NCBI GenBank assembly: GCA_965202985.1
Contig: CBDBCF010000002.1
Span: 704,001-768,000 of the forward strand
Direction of reading: 5' to 3'
DNA: 64,000 nt
DNA from: Longimicrobiales bacterium
GTDB taxonomy: Bacteria; Gemmatimonadota; Gemmatimonadetes; Longimicrobiales; Gaopeijiaceae
Shown here: positions 37,089 to 47,800 of the stretch, in pieces
Position numbering within the stretch: position 1 is the stretch's first letter
Layout: every line of letters begins with the position of its first letter
Program-made: the position numbers and the translations under genes
Notes under the pieces: model-generated
Told to the model about the DNA's origin: nothing
Databases searched by the model: none
The model's input: only the letters and a program-made list of their open reading frames with translations

Positions 37089-39599
37089 TCACGGAATCAG
37101 GTTCCTCCGCGCCGTGTTGCGCACCAGGAACAGGCCGTCGCCGGTGCTGGTCACCACCACGATCCCGCTCTCGAAGTACGGGTAGTTGCTCCAGGACGCG
37201 CCGCCTTCGTACGGGGTCGTGTCGAAGTAGGCGATCTCGACCGGGTCCACCGGGTTCGAGATGTCCAGGATGCGCAGGCCCGCGCCGTAGTTGGACTGGT
37301 ACATCAGGTCGCCCACGATGTAGAGGTTGTGGTCGGTGTCCGGCGTCTGGGCGATGTACTCCTTGACCAGGATCGGTTCATCCAAGTCCGCCACGTCCCA
37401 CACCAGCGTTCGCGTGCCTTCGACCAGCCCTTGGGGCTCGTCGCCCTCGTCGTTCATGTAGAAGTAGCGATGGTCTTCCGTGAGCCAGCCCTGGTGGGCG
37501 TAGACGACGCTGGGGTAGTCTTCGGCGGCCAGGGCCACCGGCGCGTCCTTGTCGGTCACGTCGGCGATGCTCAGCGCCGTCTCGTTGGAGCCGATACAGA
37601 TCTCCTTGCCTTGGTGCTCCTGGTCCGGGCCGTGATAGATCACGCACTGCGCGTCGTGCGAGTACCCGGTGCGGCGTCGGCCCGTGGTCTCGTCGAAGAA
37701 GCATCCGGCGAAGGCGGGTCGCGAGGGATCGTCCAGGCTCAGCATGTGGAGCCCGCCGCCGCACGTCTCGCCGCCTCCGCTGCTGCCCACGGCGTAGGCG
37801 AAGCCCGTCTGCTCGTTGACCACGATGTTGTGCGCGCTGTGGATGCCCGGGTAGGTGTAATCGGGCTCGAAGACGGCGTCCGCACCGCCTTCGGCGCGCA
37901 GCCGGCGCAGGTCGAAGACTTGCACGCCGTGCTCCCCCGCCCCGTCGGCCACGATGTAGGCGTGGTCCCGATAGACCTTCATGTCGCGCCAAACGCTGGA
38001 CCGCGAGCCCGGCGTCTTGGGCAGGTTCCCCAGCATGGCCGGGTTGTAGGAGTCGGTCACATCCACGAACGCCGTGCCGTCGGTGCGACCCACGATCGCG
38101 ATCTCGCGACCCGTTTCCGAATCCGTCCAGCCCCAGACGTCGTTGAGCCGCGCGCCGCGACCACCCGCCATGTCCTTGATCGGCAGGAACGAGATGATGT
38201 CCACGTTGTCGCACTCGTAGCCCGCAGCGTCGTTGTCGGCGCACGGGATGTCGCGCTCCATGCCGGCGATCGCGGGAAGCCCCCGGTGCTCGCCGATCAC
38301 CAAGTCGCCGGCTCCCCAGCCGCCGTCCGCGCTCCGCGCCATGATCACCGCGCCACCTGCTCTGCTGTCGATGCCGCCGGCGCCGGCCACGGCCACATCG
38401 CCGGCCACCGCCACCGCGCTGCCGAACCCCGCCCTCTCGGGCAAGCTCGGACGCGCCGCCTTCGCAACGGCTGCCCAGCCCGCGGCGCCGTCGTTCGCCC
38501 CCGCCGGGGACATCGCGAACCGGTACAGGGCGCCGTCGCCCCCGGGCGCGCCCACCCACAGACCTGCCCCGTCAAAGGCGACCGCGGACCCGAACGAGGC
38601 GCGAGCGCCCCCGTCGAAGGCGGAAAGCGCACCCGCCGACGACCATTCCCGGGCGCCGGAGTCGTCCACGGCGCCGAAGCGGAAGACGAAGACCCGGCCC
38701 TGGGCTCCCTCGGCTCCCGGCGCCCCTACGACCGCCAGTCCGTCCCGGACGGCCAAGCCGGCGCCGTAGCTGCTTCGCGGCTCCAATGCCCCCGGCGCGT
38801 CCAACGTGCCCTCGGGGACCAGAGTCGCCCCGGCCCCGGCATCGGCGTCCACGCGCAGGGCGTGCACTTCGGCCAGCGCATCGCGTCCGCCGGCGGTGGC
38901 CACCAGGGCCGTCGACCCGCCCAGAGCCACGGCCGCGCCGAAGCCCGAGGGCCGCGCGTCGTCGTCCGCCGAAGGTCCGGCGCTGGGCTGGTAACGGCCG
39001 CGCACGGTCCACTCCCCCGCCCCGCCGTTCTCCGCCGCGAACAGGTAGACGGCCCCGGCTCCGTCGCTCTCGCCGGGCGCCGAAACCAGTGCGCTCCCGC
39101 CGCTCAACGCGACAGCCGCGCCGAACTCCGCGCCCGCCTCCAACCCACCGGGATCGAGGCGCGCGACTTCCTGCCACTGACCGTCGGCGTTTGGCCGGAA
39201 CAGGATCGCGGCCCCCCTGCCCTCGTACTTGGGCGCCCCGGCCAGGACCAAGTCGCCGTCCGCCGCCAGCGACCGCCCGAAGCCGTCGGGCGGACCCGGA
39301 ATGGACGACACTGCCAAGCGCCCCGTCTCGCGCCATCCGTCCGACGACGCGCCGTAGACATAGACGACTCCGGGCAACGACACGTTCCGCGCCTCGCCGA
39401 CCAGGACGTGTCCGCCGCTCACCGCCAAGCTGCCGCCGAAGTCCTGCGCAGTTGCAGGGGCGACCGCCGCCCAAGCGCAGATCGGCGCGAAGAGAAGCGC
39501 CAGCGCCAGGGTGCGCGCCTGCTCCGGTGCGCCCCGAGCCGACATCCTGTTCCTGCTGGGCGGGCGGGTGCTCGCCGTCGTCGTCTTTGTCGTCGCCAT
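37089..39599 (-). CDS. choice-of-anchor B family protein with N-terminal FG-GAP-like repeats
   Basis: Repeated FG.(S/A)(V/L)A..G....VGAP...G.V..F units, then NDVWGWTD, WRDMKVY, HNI, YSHDAQC, YAHQGWL, DHNLY and WSNYPYFESG; AAGGAG ribosome-binding site. Confidence 0.8.
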   Translation of the reverse strand: MATTKTTTASTRPPSRNRMSARGAPEQARTLALALLFAPICAWAAVAPATAQDFGGSLAVSGGHVLVGEARNVSLPGVVYVYGASSDGWRETGRLAVSSIPGPPDGFGRSLAADGDLVLAGAPKYEGRGAAILFRPNADGQWQEVARLDPGGLEAGAEFGAAVALSGGSALVSAPGESDGAGAVYLFAAENGGAGEWTVRGRYQPSAGPSADDDARPSGFGAAVALGGSTALVATAGGRDALAEVHALRVDADAGAGATLVPEGTLDAPGALEPRSSYGAGLAVRDGLAVVGAPGAEGAQGRVFVFRFGAVDDSGAREWSSAGALSAFDGGARASFGSAVAFDGAGLWVGAPGGDGALYRFAMSPAGANDGAAGWAAVAKAARPSLPERAGFGSAVAVAGDVAVAGAGGIDSRAGGAVIMARSADGGWGAGDLVIGEHRGLPAIAGMERDIPCADNDAAGYECDNVDIISFLPIKDMAGGRGARLNDVWGWTDSETGREIAIVGRTDGTAFVDVTDSYNPAMLGNLPKTPGSRSSVWRDMKVYRDHAYIVADGAGEHGVQVFDLRRLRAEGGADAVFEPDYTYPGIHSAHNIVVNEQTGFAYAVGSSGGGETCGGGLHMLSLDDPSRPAFAGCFFDETTGRRRTGYSHDAQCVIYHGPDQEHQGKEICIGSNETALSIADVTDKDAPVALAAEDYPSVVYAHQGWLTEDHRYFYMNDEGDEPQGLVEGTRTLVWDVADLDEPILVKEYIAQTPDTDHNLYIVGDLMYQSNYGAGLRILDISNPVDPVEIAYFDTTPYEGGASWSNYPYFESGIVVVTSTGDGLFLVRNTARRNLIP

Positions 39600-39723
39600 G
39601 TCTCGTCTCCTTCGCTTGGTGTTCGAGCCGTTGCGGGTTCGCGGCTCCAAAGATGGCGACTGCGACAGGAACCGGCCACCGCGGCGTCCCGGTCCGGGTT
39701 GCCCCCGGCGTTCGGGCTCCGGA

Positions 39724-40929
39724 CTACCCCAGCGCCCGGTCCAGGTCGCGGCAGATGTCCTTCGGGTCCTCCAGCCCCACGGACATGCGGAAGAACCCGT
39801 CGCCCGCGAACGACGTGTAGCGTTCCAGGGCGGCCCCCTTCAGTCGAAACGACGACTCCATGAGCGAAGTCGTGTCCATCCAGAAGATCAGGCTTCGGTG
39901 GTGGCCCAGGGAGACGGCGTGGTGCACGAACTCCAGCCCTTCGGCCATCCGTCGGGCCGCTTCGAGGCCGTTTCGGGCGCGGAACGCCAGCATGGCGGAA
40001 AAGTTGCGCATCTGCCGTCGAGCCAAGTCGTGCTGGGGGTGCGACTGCAGGCCCGGGTAGTAGACGCGCTCGACCTGGGAGTGGCCCTCCAGGAAGCGCG
40101 CCACGGCCAGGGCGTTCTCCTGATGCGCGTGCATTCGGGCGGGGAGCGTGGCTGCGCCGCGCATGATCAACCAAGCGTTGAAGGGCGACAGGACGCCGCC
40201 GTAGTGCACGCCCGCCTCAATGCGAAGCGCGCCGATCCGTTCGCGGCTGCCCAGGACCGCCCCGCCCACGGCGTCTCCGTGGCCGCCGACGTACTTGGTC
40301 AGCGAGTGCATCACGTAGTCAACGCCCAGTTCCAGCGGCCGCGTGGCCACCGGCGTCGCGAACGTGGAATCGACGGCGACGCGCACGTCGGGCCGGGCGG
40401 ACGCGACCTCCGCCACCGCGGCCAAGTCCGCGAGGCGCACAAGAGGGTTGGCGGGCGTCTCCAGCCAGATCAGCCGCGTGGTCGGGCGGATGGCGGCATC
40501 CACGGCAGCGGGATCGGAGGTGTCGGCAAAGGACACGTCCACGCCGAAGCGGGGCAGCGTGTCACGGGCCAGTTCGGCCACGCCCGCGTAGTTCGTGTCG
40601 TTCATGACCAAGTGGTCGCCGTTCCCCAGCAAAGAGAACATGAGCCCCGAAGCCGCCGCCATCCCCGACCCGAAGCACAAGCAAGCTTCGGCCCCTTCCA
40701 GCGCGCACAGCTTGGCCTCCAGCTGCGCCACCGTGGGGTTGGACCAGCGGGTGTAAAGGAACCCGGAACCGTCGTCCAGATCGTGCGCGGAGAAGCCGCC
40801 CGCCTCGCGCGCCACGAAGGTGGACGACATGACCAGGTTGGGCGTGGACGCGCCGGTGGTCGGGTCGGGCGATTCGCCCGCGTGGACGGCCGCCGTGCGG
40901 AGCGAGGAACGGGTGCGAGAGTCGGTCAT
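39724..40929 (-). CDS. PLP-dependent trans-sulfuration enzyme (cystathionine gamma-synthase / methionine gamma-lyase family)
   Basis: YTRWSNPT, SGMAA, LETPANP, VDSTFATP, HSLTKYVGGHGD (PLP lysine), YPGL, AVSLG, RMSVGLED. Confidence 0.9.
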   Translation of the reverse strand: MTDSRTRSSLRTAAVHAGESPDPTTGASTPNLVMSSTFVAREAGGFSAHDLDDGSGFLYTRWSNPTVAQLEAKLCALEGAEACLCFGSGMAAASGLMFSLLGNGDHLVMNDTNYAGVAELARDTLPRFGVDVSFADTSDPAAVDAAIRPTTRLIWLETPANPLVRLADLAAVAEVASARPDVRVAVDSTFATPVATRPLELGVDYVMHSLTKYVGGHGDAVGGAVLGSRERIGALRIEAGVHYGGVLSPFNAWLIMRGAATLPARMHAHQENALAVARFLEGHSQVERVYYPGLQSHPQHDLARRQMRNFSAMLAFRARNGLEAARRMAEGLEFVHHAVSLGHHRSLIFWMDTTSLMESSFRLKGAALERYTSFAGDGFFRMSVGLEDPKDICRDLDRALG

Positions 40930-40997
40930 GCGGGCGCGCCTATGATCGGAAGCCGCGAGGGTTGCCAAGAACGGTGCCGGAAGCTAGCGTTTCGGTC

Positions 40998-41519
40998 GTG
41001 AACGCGCCTTCGCCAGCCCCGTCCCGCTCGATCGTCGCCGGATTCGTTCTGGTCGCGGCGGCCGTCTTCTGTCTGGCCGCGGCGTGCGGTCCGTCCGCCC
41101 GCGAACGGGCGCGCGTCGTCGCGGCCGTCGATTCCGCCATGCAGGCCTTCCGGCAGGCCAACCTTGACATGGACGCGCAGCGCATCGTCGACCACTTGTG
41201 GCCCGAGTTCTACATGTACCTGGACGGCACTCGGCTGGACTACGCCGAAGTCCGCGCGGACATCCTGTCGTTCATGGGCGACATTCGGTCGCTCCATACC
41301 GATTGGACCGACGTGGAGGTGCTCCCCTTGGGATCGAACAAGGCCATGTCGTCGTTCCGCTTCCAGGATTCCGTCGTCTTGGCGGCCGGCGTACCTGTGC
41401 AGACCGAAGGCCCAACCACGATGCTGTGGGAACGCCGAGGCGCGGACTGGAAGCTGCTCTACACCGACGCCGACCACTACCCCGTCGACCCCGACGACGA
41501 GGACGCCACCAACCCCTGA
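40998..41519 (+). CDS. NTF2-like / SnoaL-like (DUF4440-type) lipoprotein
   Basis: Hydrophobic leader with LAAAC; short alpha+beta domain ending T.LWERRGADWKLLYTDADH. Confidence 0.6.
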   Translation: MNAPSPAPSRSIVAGFVLVAAAVFCLAAACGPSARERARVVAAVDSAMQAFRQANLDMDAQRIVDHLWPEFYMYLDGTRLDYAEVRADILSFMGDIRSLHTDWTDVEVLPLGSNKAMSSFRFQDSVVLAAGVPVQTEGPTTMLWERRGADWKLLYTDADHYPVDPDDEDATNP

Positions 41520-41548
41520 CGCCGACGCGGGCCAACGGGCACGCGTGG

Positions 41549-41962
41549 TCAGTCCAGGAACTCCCGCAGCCGTTCCGCCAACGCCGGCAAGTCGGCGGTC
41601 TCGCACTCCCAAACGATCAGCGCCTTCCAGCCCAAGTGCTCCAGGTCGGCCAAGTTCCGGCGGTCGCGCACCACGTTGCCCTCGAACTTCCGCTGCCAGT
41701 ACGACCTGCGCGTGCCGGGCGTGGTCGCGCGCTTGCAGCCGTCGTGGCGATGCCAGAAGCACCCGTGCACGAAGACGACCTTCCTGCGGCCCGGAAAGCA
41801 GATGTCGGGCGTACCCGGCAGGTCGCGCCGGTGCAGGCGGTAGCGGTAGCCCATCCCGTGCAACAGCTTGCGCACGATCAGCTCGGGCTTGGTGTCCTTC
41901 GACCCGATGCGGGCCATGAGGGCGCTGCGTTCGGCACTGGGCGCCGGCTCGGGATCGGCCAC
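41549..41962 (-). CDS. vsr: very-short-patch repair endonuclease Vsr
   Basis: RSALMARI.SKDTKPE, LPGTPDI, FVHGCFWHRH, W..KF..N..RD, GW....VWECE. Confidence 0.92.
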   Translation of the reverse strand: MADPEPAPSAERSALMARIGSKDTKPELIVRKLLHGMGYRYRLHRRDLPGTPDICFPGRRKVVFVHGCFWHRHDGCKRATTPGTRRSYWQRKFEGNVVRDRRNLADLEHLGWKALIVWECETADLPALAERLREFLD

Positions 41963-41964
41963 GT

Positions 41965-42672
41965 CTAAGCCGACTCCGATCCTGTCGCTGGGACATCGGG
42001 AAGCGCCTCCAGTTTGCGAATCCAGGCGTCGAAATTGGGACAGGCTGCACGAATGGCGGGCAGTGAAGTCCGGGACGCTGCGGTTATCCCTTGCGCGACC
42101 TTCTCATACCCCGACGCCAGTTTCAGGATCCTCTTGGATGGTGCCGTGGCCTTGCCATCGTCGATCTCTTCCGGCGTAGAGAACTCGTTCGCGATCCGCT
42201 GAAGCTCTTGCGACACTGGACCGCCTTCCGAATCCTCCAGCACTGTTCCCAGAGCCCTCGGCTCGGTAAACAGAAGGGCTTCGAACTCGTGCATCTGCAC
42301 ATACGGCACGAAGCGCTCGGGCCGCCAGTGCCCGCCAATGGCTTCGTCCAACCTTGCTCGCATCCCGTTCTCTACTGCACGTGCCTTCTCGCGCAGCGGT
42401 TTGTCGTTCGCCTCTTCGCGGCCCGGCCAGTCGCGCGGCATTCCGTAGTAGTCGAACATCGTCGTGACGTAGTGTTCACGATCGCTCAGCAGCAGTTGCC
42501 TTAGCTCCCTTTCCGTTCTCTTCCATGACTGCACTCCGGCTACAGCACGCGGCCTGCCCATGGTGGTGGCCGACAGATAGACGCCACGCGTGCCCAAGAA
42601 TGGCGCAATCAGTCTTGTGCAGAACTGCTCTTCGGTTTGGCCCTCCACTAATGCCAGGAGCCTAACGCTCAA
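41965..42672 (-). CDS. DUF4276-like (TOPRIM-related) protein
   Basis: LVEGQTEEQF, TTMFDYYGMP.DWPG, FVPYVQMHEFEALLF, PEEIDD...TAPSKRI, CPNFDAW; TTGA overlap with the ATPase stop. Confidence 0.75.
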   Translation of the reverse strand: MSVRLLALVEGQTEEQFCTRLIAPFLGTRGVYLSATTMGRPRAVAGVQSWKRTERELRQLLLSDREHYVTTMFDYYGMPRDWPGREEANDKPLREKARAVENGMRARLDEAIGGHWRPERFVPYVQMHEFEALLFTEPRALGTVLEDSEGGPVSQELQRIANEFSTPEEIDDGKATAPSKRILKLASGYEKVAQGITAASRTSLPAIRAACPNFDAWIRKLEALPDVPATGSESA

Positions 42673-43802
42673 GGCCGCCCCCCGAACCGGTTCTTCTCCC
42701 ATAGCTCGCCAAGCGAATAGTCCCGCAGCCACTCGGACAACCCTTCTTCATCGAGCCGTCGGCACTGGGTCCCAAAATTGGGATCGGCTTCAAGAACGGC
42801 GATCTGGCCGGGCTCGAATTCGTCCACCAGTCTCGCCGACTGCGTTGCCAATATCACCTGGGTCCTCTTAGACGCGGATCGCACCAAAGCTGCAAGCAGA
42901 ACAATAGCGGACGGATGAAGGCCGAGTTCGGGTTCGTCCAGCACGACAACGTCTGGGAGGACGGGCTGGAGAAGCAACGTAGCCAAGGCCATAAATCGCA
43001 ACGTGCCGTCTGAAATCTGATGCGGCCCAAGGAGGTACTCCGCACGATCTTTCTCATGCCAGTTGAGCAATATCCCGTTTGGATTCGTGGCCTGCGGGCG
43101 CAAGCTGAATCGACCGAACGCGGGAAAGACCAGGCGAACGGTGTCCTCGATCCGGCGGTAGCACTCGATGTTGCCGCTCTTCAATGCATGCAAGAACGCA
43201 GGCAAGTTGCCTGCGTTGTCTCTTAGGTACTTGTTGTCCTCAATATAGGCGCTCCGACGAATGTAGGCTTGCGAGGAGGTGTCATGAAACTGGTATCCTT
43301 TGCAATGGCGCAGCAGATGGAGCAACACGCGACACGTATCGCTGCCCGCTTTCGCCTTTTCCTGCAGCTGGCTCTCCTCGTGGCCGGAACCTAGGAATAC
43401 TTCTTGGGGCACTGAATAGTCGGCCCTGTGGTACTCAACTCGTTCTTCTGCAAACCTCATCATGTCGGGGGCTGCATCCATAAGACGCATCTTGTAAGTT
43501 GTCGTCGCACCTTGCACACCATCACCGAAGCGGCGGAACTCGACCTCGGCGCGCATCTGCGGCGTAACCCTGGCGCCGAAACGCAACAAGGAATCGGACC
43601 CGCCTTCCCGGCCAACGTATTCCTGGAGGCCGTTCGTGCTCATGAAGCCGAGCATCCGAAAGAAGGAAACAAGGTTGCTCTTCCCAGACCCGTTCGCCCC
43701 AAGCAAGACCGTGATGTCGCCGAACTCGATTTCGCTCTTCGCAAACGACTTGAACCCGTCAACGGCGATTCGATGCAGCTTCGTTCTCTCGTGCGAAATC
43801 AT
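42669..43802 (-). CDS. ABC/SMC-like ATPase (AAA_21-type)
   Basis: GFKS, Walker A GANGSGKSN, signature SDGTLRF, Walker B VVLDEPELGLHP, ATQS; ATGA overlap with the HDAC stop; lower GC. Confidence 0.88.
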   Translation of the reverse strand: MISHERTKLHRIAVDGFKSFAKSEIEFGDITVLLGANGSGKSNLVSFFRMLGFMSTNGLQEYVGREGGSDSLLRFGARVTPQMRAEVEFRRFGDGVQGATTTYKMRLMDAAPDMMRFAEERVEYHRADYSVPQEVFLGSGHEESQLQEKAKAGSDTCRVLLHLLRHCKGYQFHDTSSQAYIRRSAYIEDNKYLRDNAGNLPAFLHALKSGNIECYRRIEDTVRLVFPAFGRFSLRPQATNPNGILLNWHEKDRAEYLLGPHQISDGTLRFMALATLLLQPVLPDVVVLDEPELGLHPSAIVLLAALVRSASKRTQVILATQSARLVDEFEPGQIAVLEADPNFGTQCRRLDEEGLSEWLRDYSLGELWEKNRFGGRP

Positions 43803-44785
43803 GGCTGCTCGGGCTCCACCCCCGCCAGTGCGCACACCACGGTCGCGCATCCGGCGCCGGTGCGGGGGGGATCGTAGCCGCCCTCCAGGAACGCGACCAG
43901 GCGGCCAGCGCAGTGGCGGTCGGCGACGTCCATGAGGCGAAGGGTCATTTCGTGCAGGTCGGGGGGCTCAAGCAGCTGGCCGCCCAAGGGGTCGCCGGCC
44001 AGCACGTCGAAGCCGGCCGACAACAACACGAAGTCGGGAGGTAGATGCGACACAGATGTTTCCAGGGCTTGGGCGAAGGCGGTCAAGTACTGGTCGCGGG
44101 GAGTACCGGCCGGCAGGGGCACGTTCAGCGTGGCGCCTTCGCCGGGTCCGCCGCCGGTCTCGTCGGCTGCGCCGGTGCCGGGGTAGTGGGGATGCTGGTG
44201 AAGCGACAGGAAGAACACGTCGGGGTCGTCGTAGAAGATATCCTGCGTGCCGTTGCCGTGGTGAACGTCCCAGTCCACGATCAGGATGCGGTCGGCCCGG
44301 CCCTTGGCCCGCAGCGCCGCCGCCGCCACGGCCACGTTGTTGAACAGGCAGAACCCCATCGCCCGATCCGCCGTGGCGTGGTGCCCCGGCGGCCTGGCCG
44401 CCACGAAGGCGTTCCGAAAGCGCCCTGCGGCCACGTCGCGAACAGCCTCCAGCCCCGCGCCCACGCTCCCGAGCGCCGCATCCCACGAGGCTGGCGAGGC
44501 GCGCGTGTCGGCCTCTCCGCCAAGCGCAACCGGCCTGTCCTGTTCCTTGGCCTGCTCCACGGCCCGCCGCACAGTCTCCACCAACTCCGGCGAATGGACG
44601 CGGAGCAGGTCGTCCACGGCGGCGGCGGACGGGGTGGCGTACTCGACCCGGTCATGGAGCGCCGGGAGTTCCGCCTCCACGGCCGACACCAACGCGCGCA
44701 GGCGTCCCTGGTGCTCCGGATGGCCCCAGCCGGTGTCGTGAAGAACCGCATCCGGGTGAAGGAAGAATCCCGTGGTCGGCGACAT
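43799..44785 (-). CDS. histone deacetylase family protein
   Basis: HPE..RL, RPPGHHA, MGFCLFNN, DWDVHHGNGTQ, SAGFD...DPLG, LEGGY. Confidence 0.95.
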   Translation of the reverse strand: MSPTTGFFLHPDAVLHDTGWGHPEHQGRLRALVSAVEAELPALHDRVEYATPSAAAVDDLLRVHSPELVETVRRAVEQAKEQDRPVALGGEADTRASPASWDAALGSVGAGLEAVRDVAAGRFRNAFVAARPPGHHATADRAMGFCLFNNVAVAAAALRAKGRADRILIVDWDVHHGNGTQDIFYDDPDVFFLSLHQHPHYPGTGAADETGGGPGEGATLNVPLPAGTPRDQYLTAFAQALETSVSHLPPDFVLLSAGFDVLAGDPLGGQLLEPPDLHEMTLRLMDVADRHCAGRLVAFLEGGYDPPRTGAGCATVVCALAGVEPEQP

Positions 44786-44803
44786 GAAAGAAGCGCGCTC
44801 GGT

Positions 44804-47800
44804 TCAGGCGGCCGGGGCCGCCGAAGCCGCGGGCCGCCTCGCGATCCGCTCCTGGATGCTGATCACCTCGGGGCGCCTGGTTCGCATGGCGGTCACGGCG
44901 TCCACGGCCGCGCTGGTGGCGGACATGGTGGTAAGGTACGGGACGCCGAAGGCGATGGCGGCGCGGCGCATGGCGTAGTCGTCGTACTGGGACTTCTTGC
45001 CAAGGGGCGTATTGATGAGCAGGCCCACTCCCCCGCTCACGATCCGATCCACGATGTTGGGCCGGCCTTCGCCCACCTTGCATACGCGATCGCAGGCCAC
45101 GCCCAGGCGGTTCAAGTACTCGCGAGTGCCCTTGGTGGCCGACACCGCGAAGCCCAGGTCGGCCAGGCGCCTGACCAGGGGCGTGACCGTAGGCTTGTCG
45201 GCGTCGTTGACGGTGACGATCACGGAGCGCGCGTCGCCGTCGCGGTCGCCGGGGAGCCGGTTGCCCGCCGACACCTGCGCCTTTGCGAACGCCATGCCGA
45301 AGGAGTCGTCCACGCCCATGGCTTCGCCCGTGGAGCGCATCTCGGGTCCCAGCAGCGTGTCCACGTCGAATCGGCTGAACGGGAACACGGCTTCCTTGAC
45401 GGCCACACCGTTCACCCTCGGCTCGTCGGGAACATCCATGTCGGCCAGCCTCTCGCCAGCCATGACCCGCGCCGCCAGCCGGGCCAGCGGCACGCCCGTG
45501 GCCTTGCCCACGAAAGGCACCGTCCGCGACGCGCGCGGGTTCACCTCCAGGACGTACACCTGTCCGTCCTTCACGGCGTACTGCACGTTCAGCAGTCCGA
45601 CCACGCCCAGCTCGAGCGCGAACAGCCGGGTCAGGCGGCGCATCTCGTCCAGTTGGGCCGGGCTCAGCAGGTACGGCGGCAGCACGCAGGCCGAGTCGCC
45701 CGAGTGCACGCCGGCGTCCTCGATGTGCTGCATGACGCCGCCGATCACCACGTCGACGCCGTCGCAGATGGCGTCCACGTCGGCCTCGAAGGCGTCCTCC
45801 AAGAAGCGGTCGATCAGCACCGGGTGGTCCGGCGACGCCCGCACCGCCCGCTCGAAGTAGCCCTCGAGCGATTCCTCGTCGTACACGATCTCCATGGCGC
45901 GGCCGCCCAGCACGTACGACGGCCGCACCAGCACGGGGAAGCCGATCGACCGAGCGGTGCGCACGGCCTCTTCCTGGCTTCGGGCCGTGCCGTTCGCGGG
46001 AACGCGGGCGCCGATCTGGCGACAGACCCGCCCGAAGCGCCGCCGGTCCTCCGCACGATCGATGGCGTCCACGGTCGTGCCCAGGATCGGAACGCCCAGC
46101 TCCTCCAGCCCCCGCGCCAAGTTGAGGGGCGTCTGTCCGCCCAGCTGGACGATCACTCCTTCCGGCTTCTCGCGGTCAACGATCTCGGCCACGTCCTCCA
46201 ACGTCAGCGGCTCGAAGTACAGCTTGTCGCTCACGTCGAAGTCGGTGGACACGGTCTCGGGGTTGGAGTTGACCATGATCGTCTCGAACCCCGCCTCGCG
46301 AAGGGCCAGGACCGCCTGCACGCAGCAGTAGTCGAACTCGATCCCCTGCCCGATGCGGTTGGGGCCGCTGCCCAGGATCACGATCTTTCGCCGGTCCGAT
46401 GGGCGCGATTCGTCCTCGGACTCGTAGGACGAATAGTAGTAGGGCGTCTTTGCCGGGAACTCGCCGGCGCAGGTGTCGACCACGTTGTAGGTGGGCCGGA
46501 CGCCCCACCGACGGCGACGCTCGCGGACGGCGGACTCCGATTCGCCCCGGAGGGCCGCCAGCTGGGCGTCGGAGAAGCCGTCGCGCTTCATGAGGCGCAC
46601 GTCGTCGGCGTCCAGCTCGGGCAGGTCGGCGTACCACCGCTCGGTTTCGACGATCTGGGCCAGCTGGTCCAGAAACCAGGGATCGACGCCGGTGGCTCGG
46701 TGCAGCCGCTCGATCGAGACGCCGGCCTCCAGTGCGCGCTTGATCTGGTACTTGCGGGCGGTGGTGGGGCGCCGCAATGCGCAGAGCAGCTCTTCCGGCT
46801 CGTCCGACTCCAGCCCGTCCTCTTGGGGCGTGGCGCCGGCGACCCAACCGGCCCGGCCCACTTCGAGGCCCCGCAGTCCCTTCTGCCAAGCGGACCGGAA
46901 GGTGCGTCCGACAGCCATGGTTTCGCCTACGGCCTTCATCTGGACGCCCAACGTCTCGTCCACGCCGGGGAACTTCTCGAAGGCGAAGCGCGGGAACTTC
47001 ACGACCACGTAGTCCAGCGCGGGCTCGAACGACGCCGGCGTGGTGCGCGTGATGTCGTTGGGCAACTCGTTCAACCGGTAGCCCACGGCCAGCTTGGCGC
47101 CGACGCGCGCGATGGGGAACCCGGTGGCCTTCGACGCCAGCGCCGAGGAGCGCGACACGCGCGGGTTCATCTCGACCACCAGCATCTCGCCGTCGGCCGG
47201 GTTCACGGCGAACTGGATGTTGCAGCCGCCGGCCTCCACGCCGATCTCCCGAATGATGGCGATGGCGGCGTCGCGCATCGTCTGGTATTCGACGTCGGAC
47301 AGCGTCTGCGCCGGGGCCACCGTCACCGAGTCGCCGGTATGGACGCCCATGGGGTCGAAGTTCTCGATCGAACAGACCACGATCACGTTGTCGGCCCCGT
47401 CCCGGACGACCTCCAGCTCGTACTCCTTCCAGCCCAGCACGGCCCGGTCCACCAGCACCTCGCCGATCGGGCTCGCCGCCAAGCCACGTCGAACCTGCGC
47501 CTCGTACTCGGCCAAGTTGTACGCCGTGCCGCCCCCGGTGCCTCCCAGCGTGAACGACGGCCGGACGATCGCCGGATAGCCGGTGTCCGCCACGATCCGC
47601 CGGGCGTCGTCCATGTTGCGCGCGAAGCCCCCGTGCGGCACCGCCAGGCCGATGCGGCTCATCGCCGCGGCGAACTGCTCCCGATCCTCGGCCATCCGGA
47701 TCGAGCGCGCGTTGGCGCCGACGAGCTCCACGCCCTGCGCTTCCAGGACGCCCGTCCGGTGCAGGTCCATGGCGATGTTGAGGGCCGTCTGGCCGCCCAT

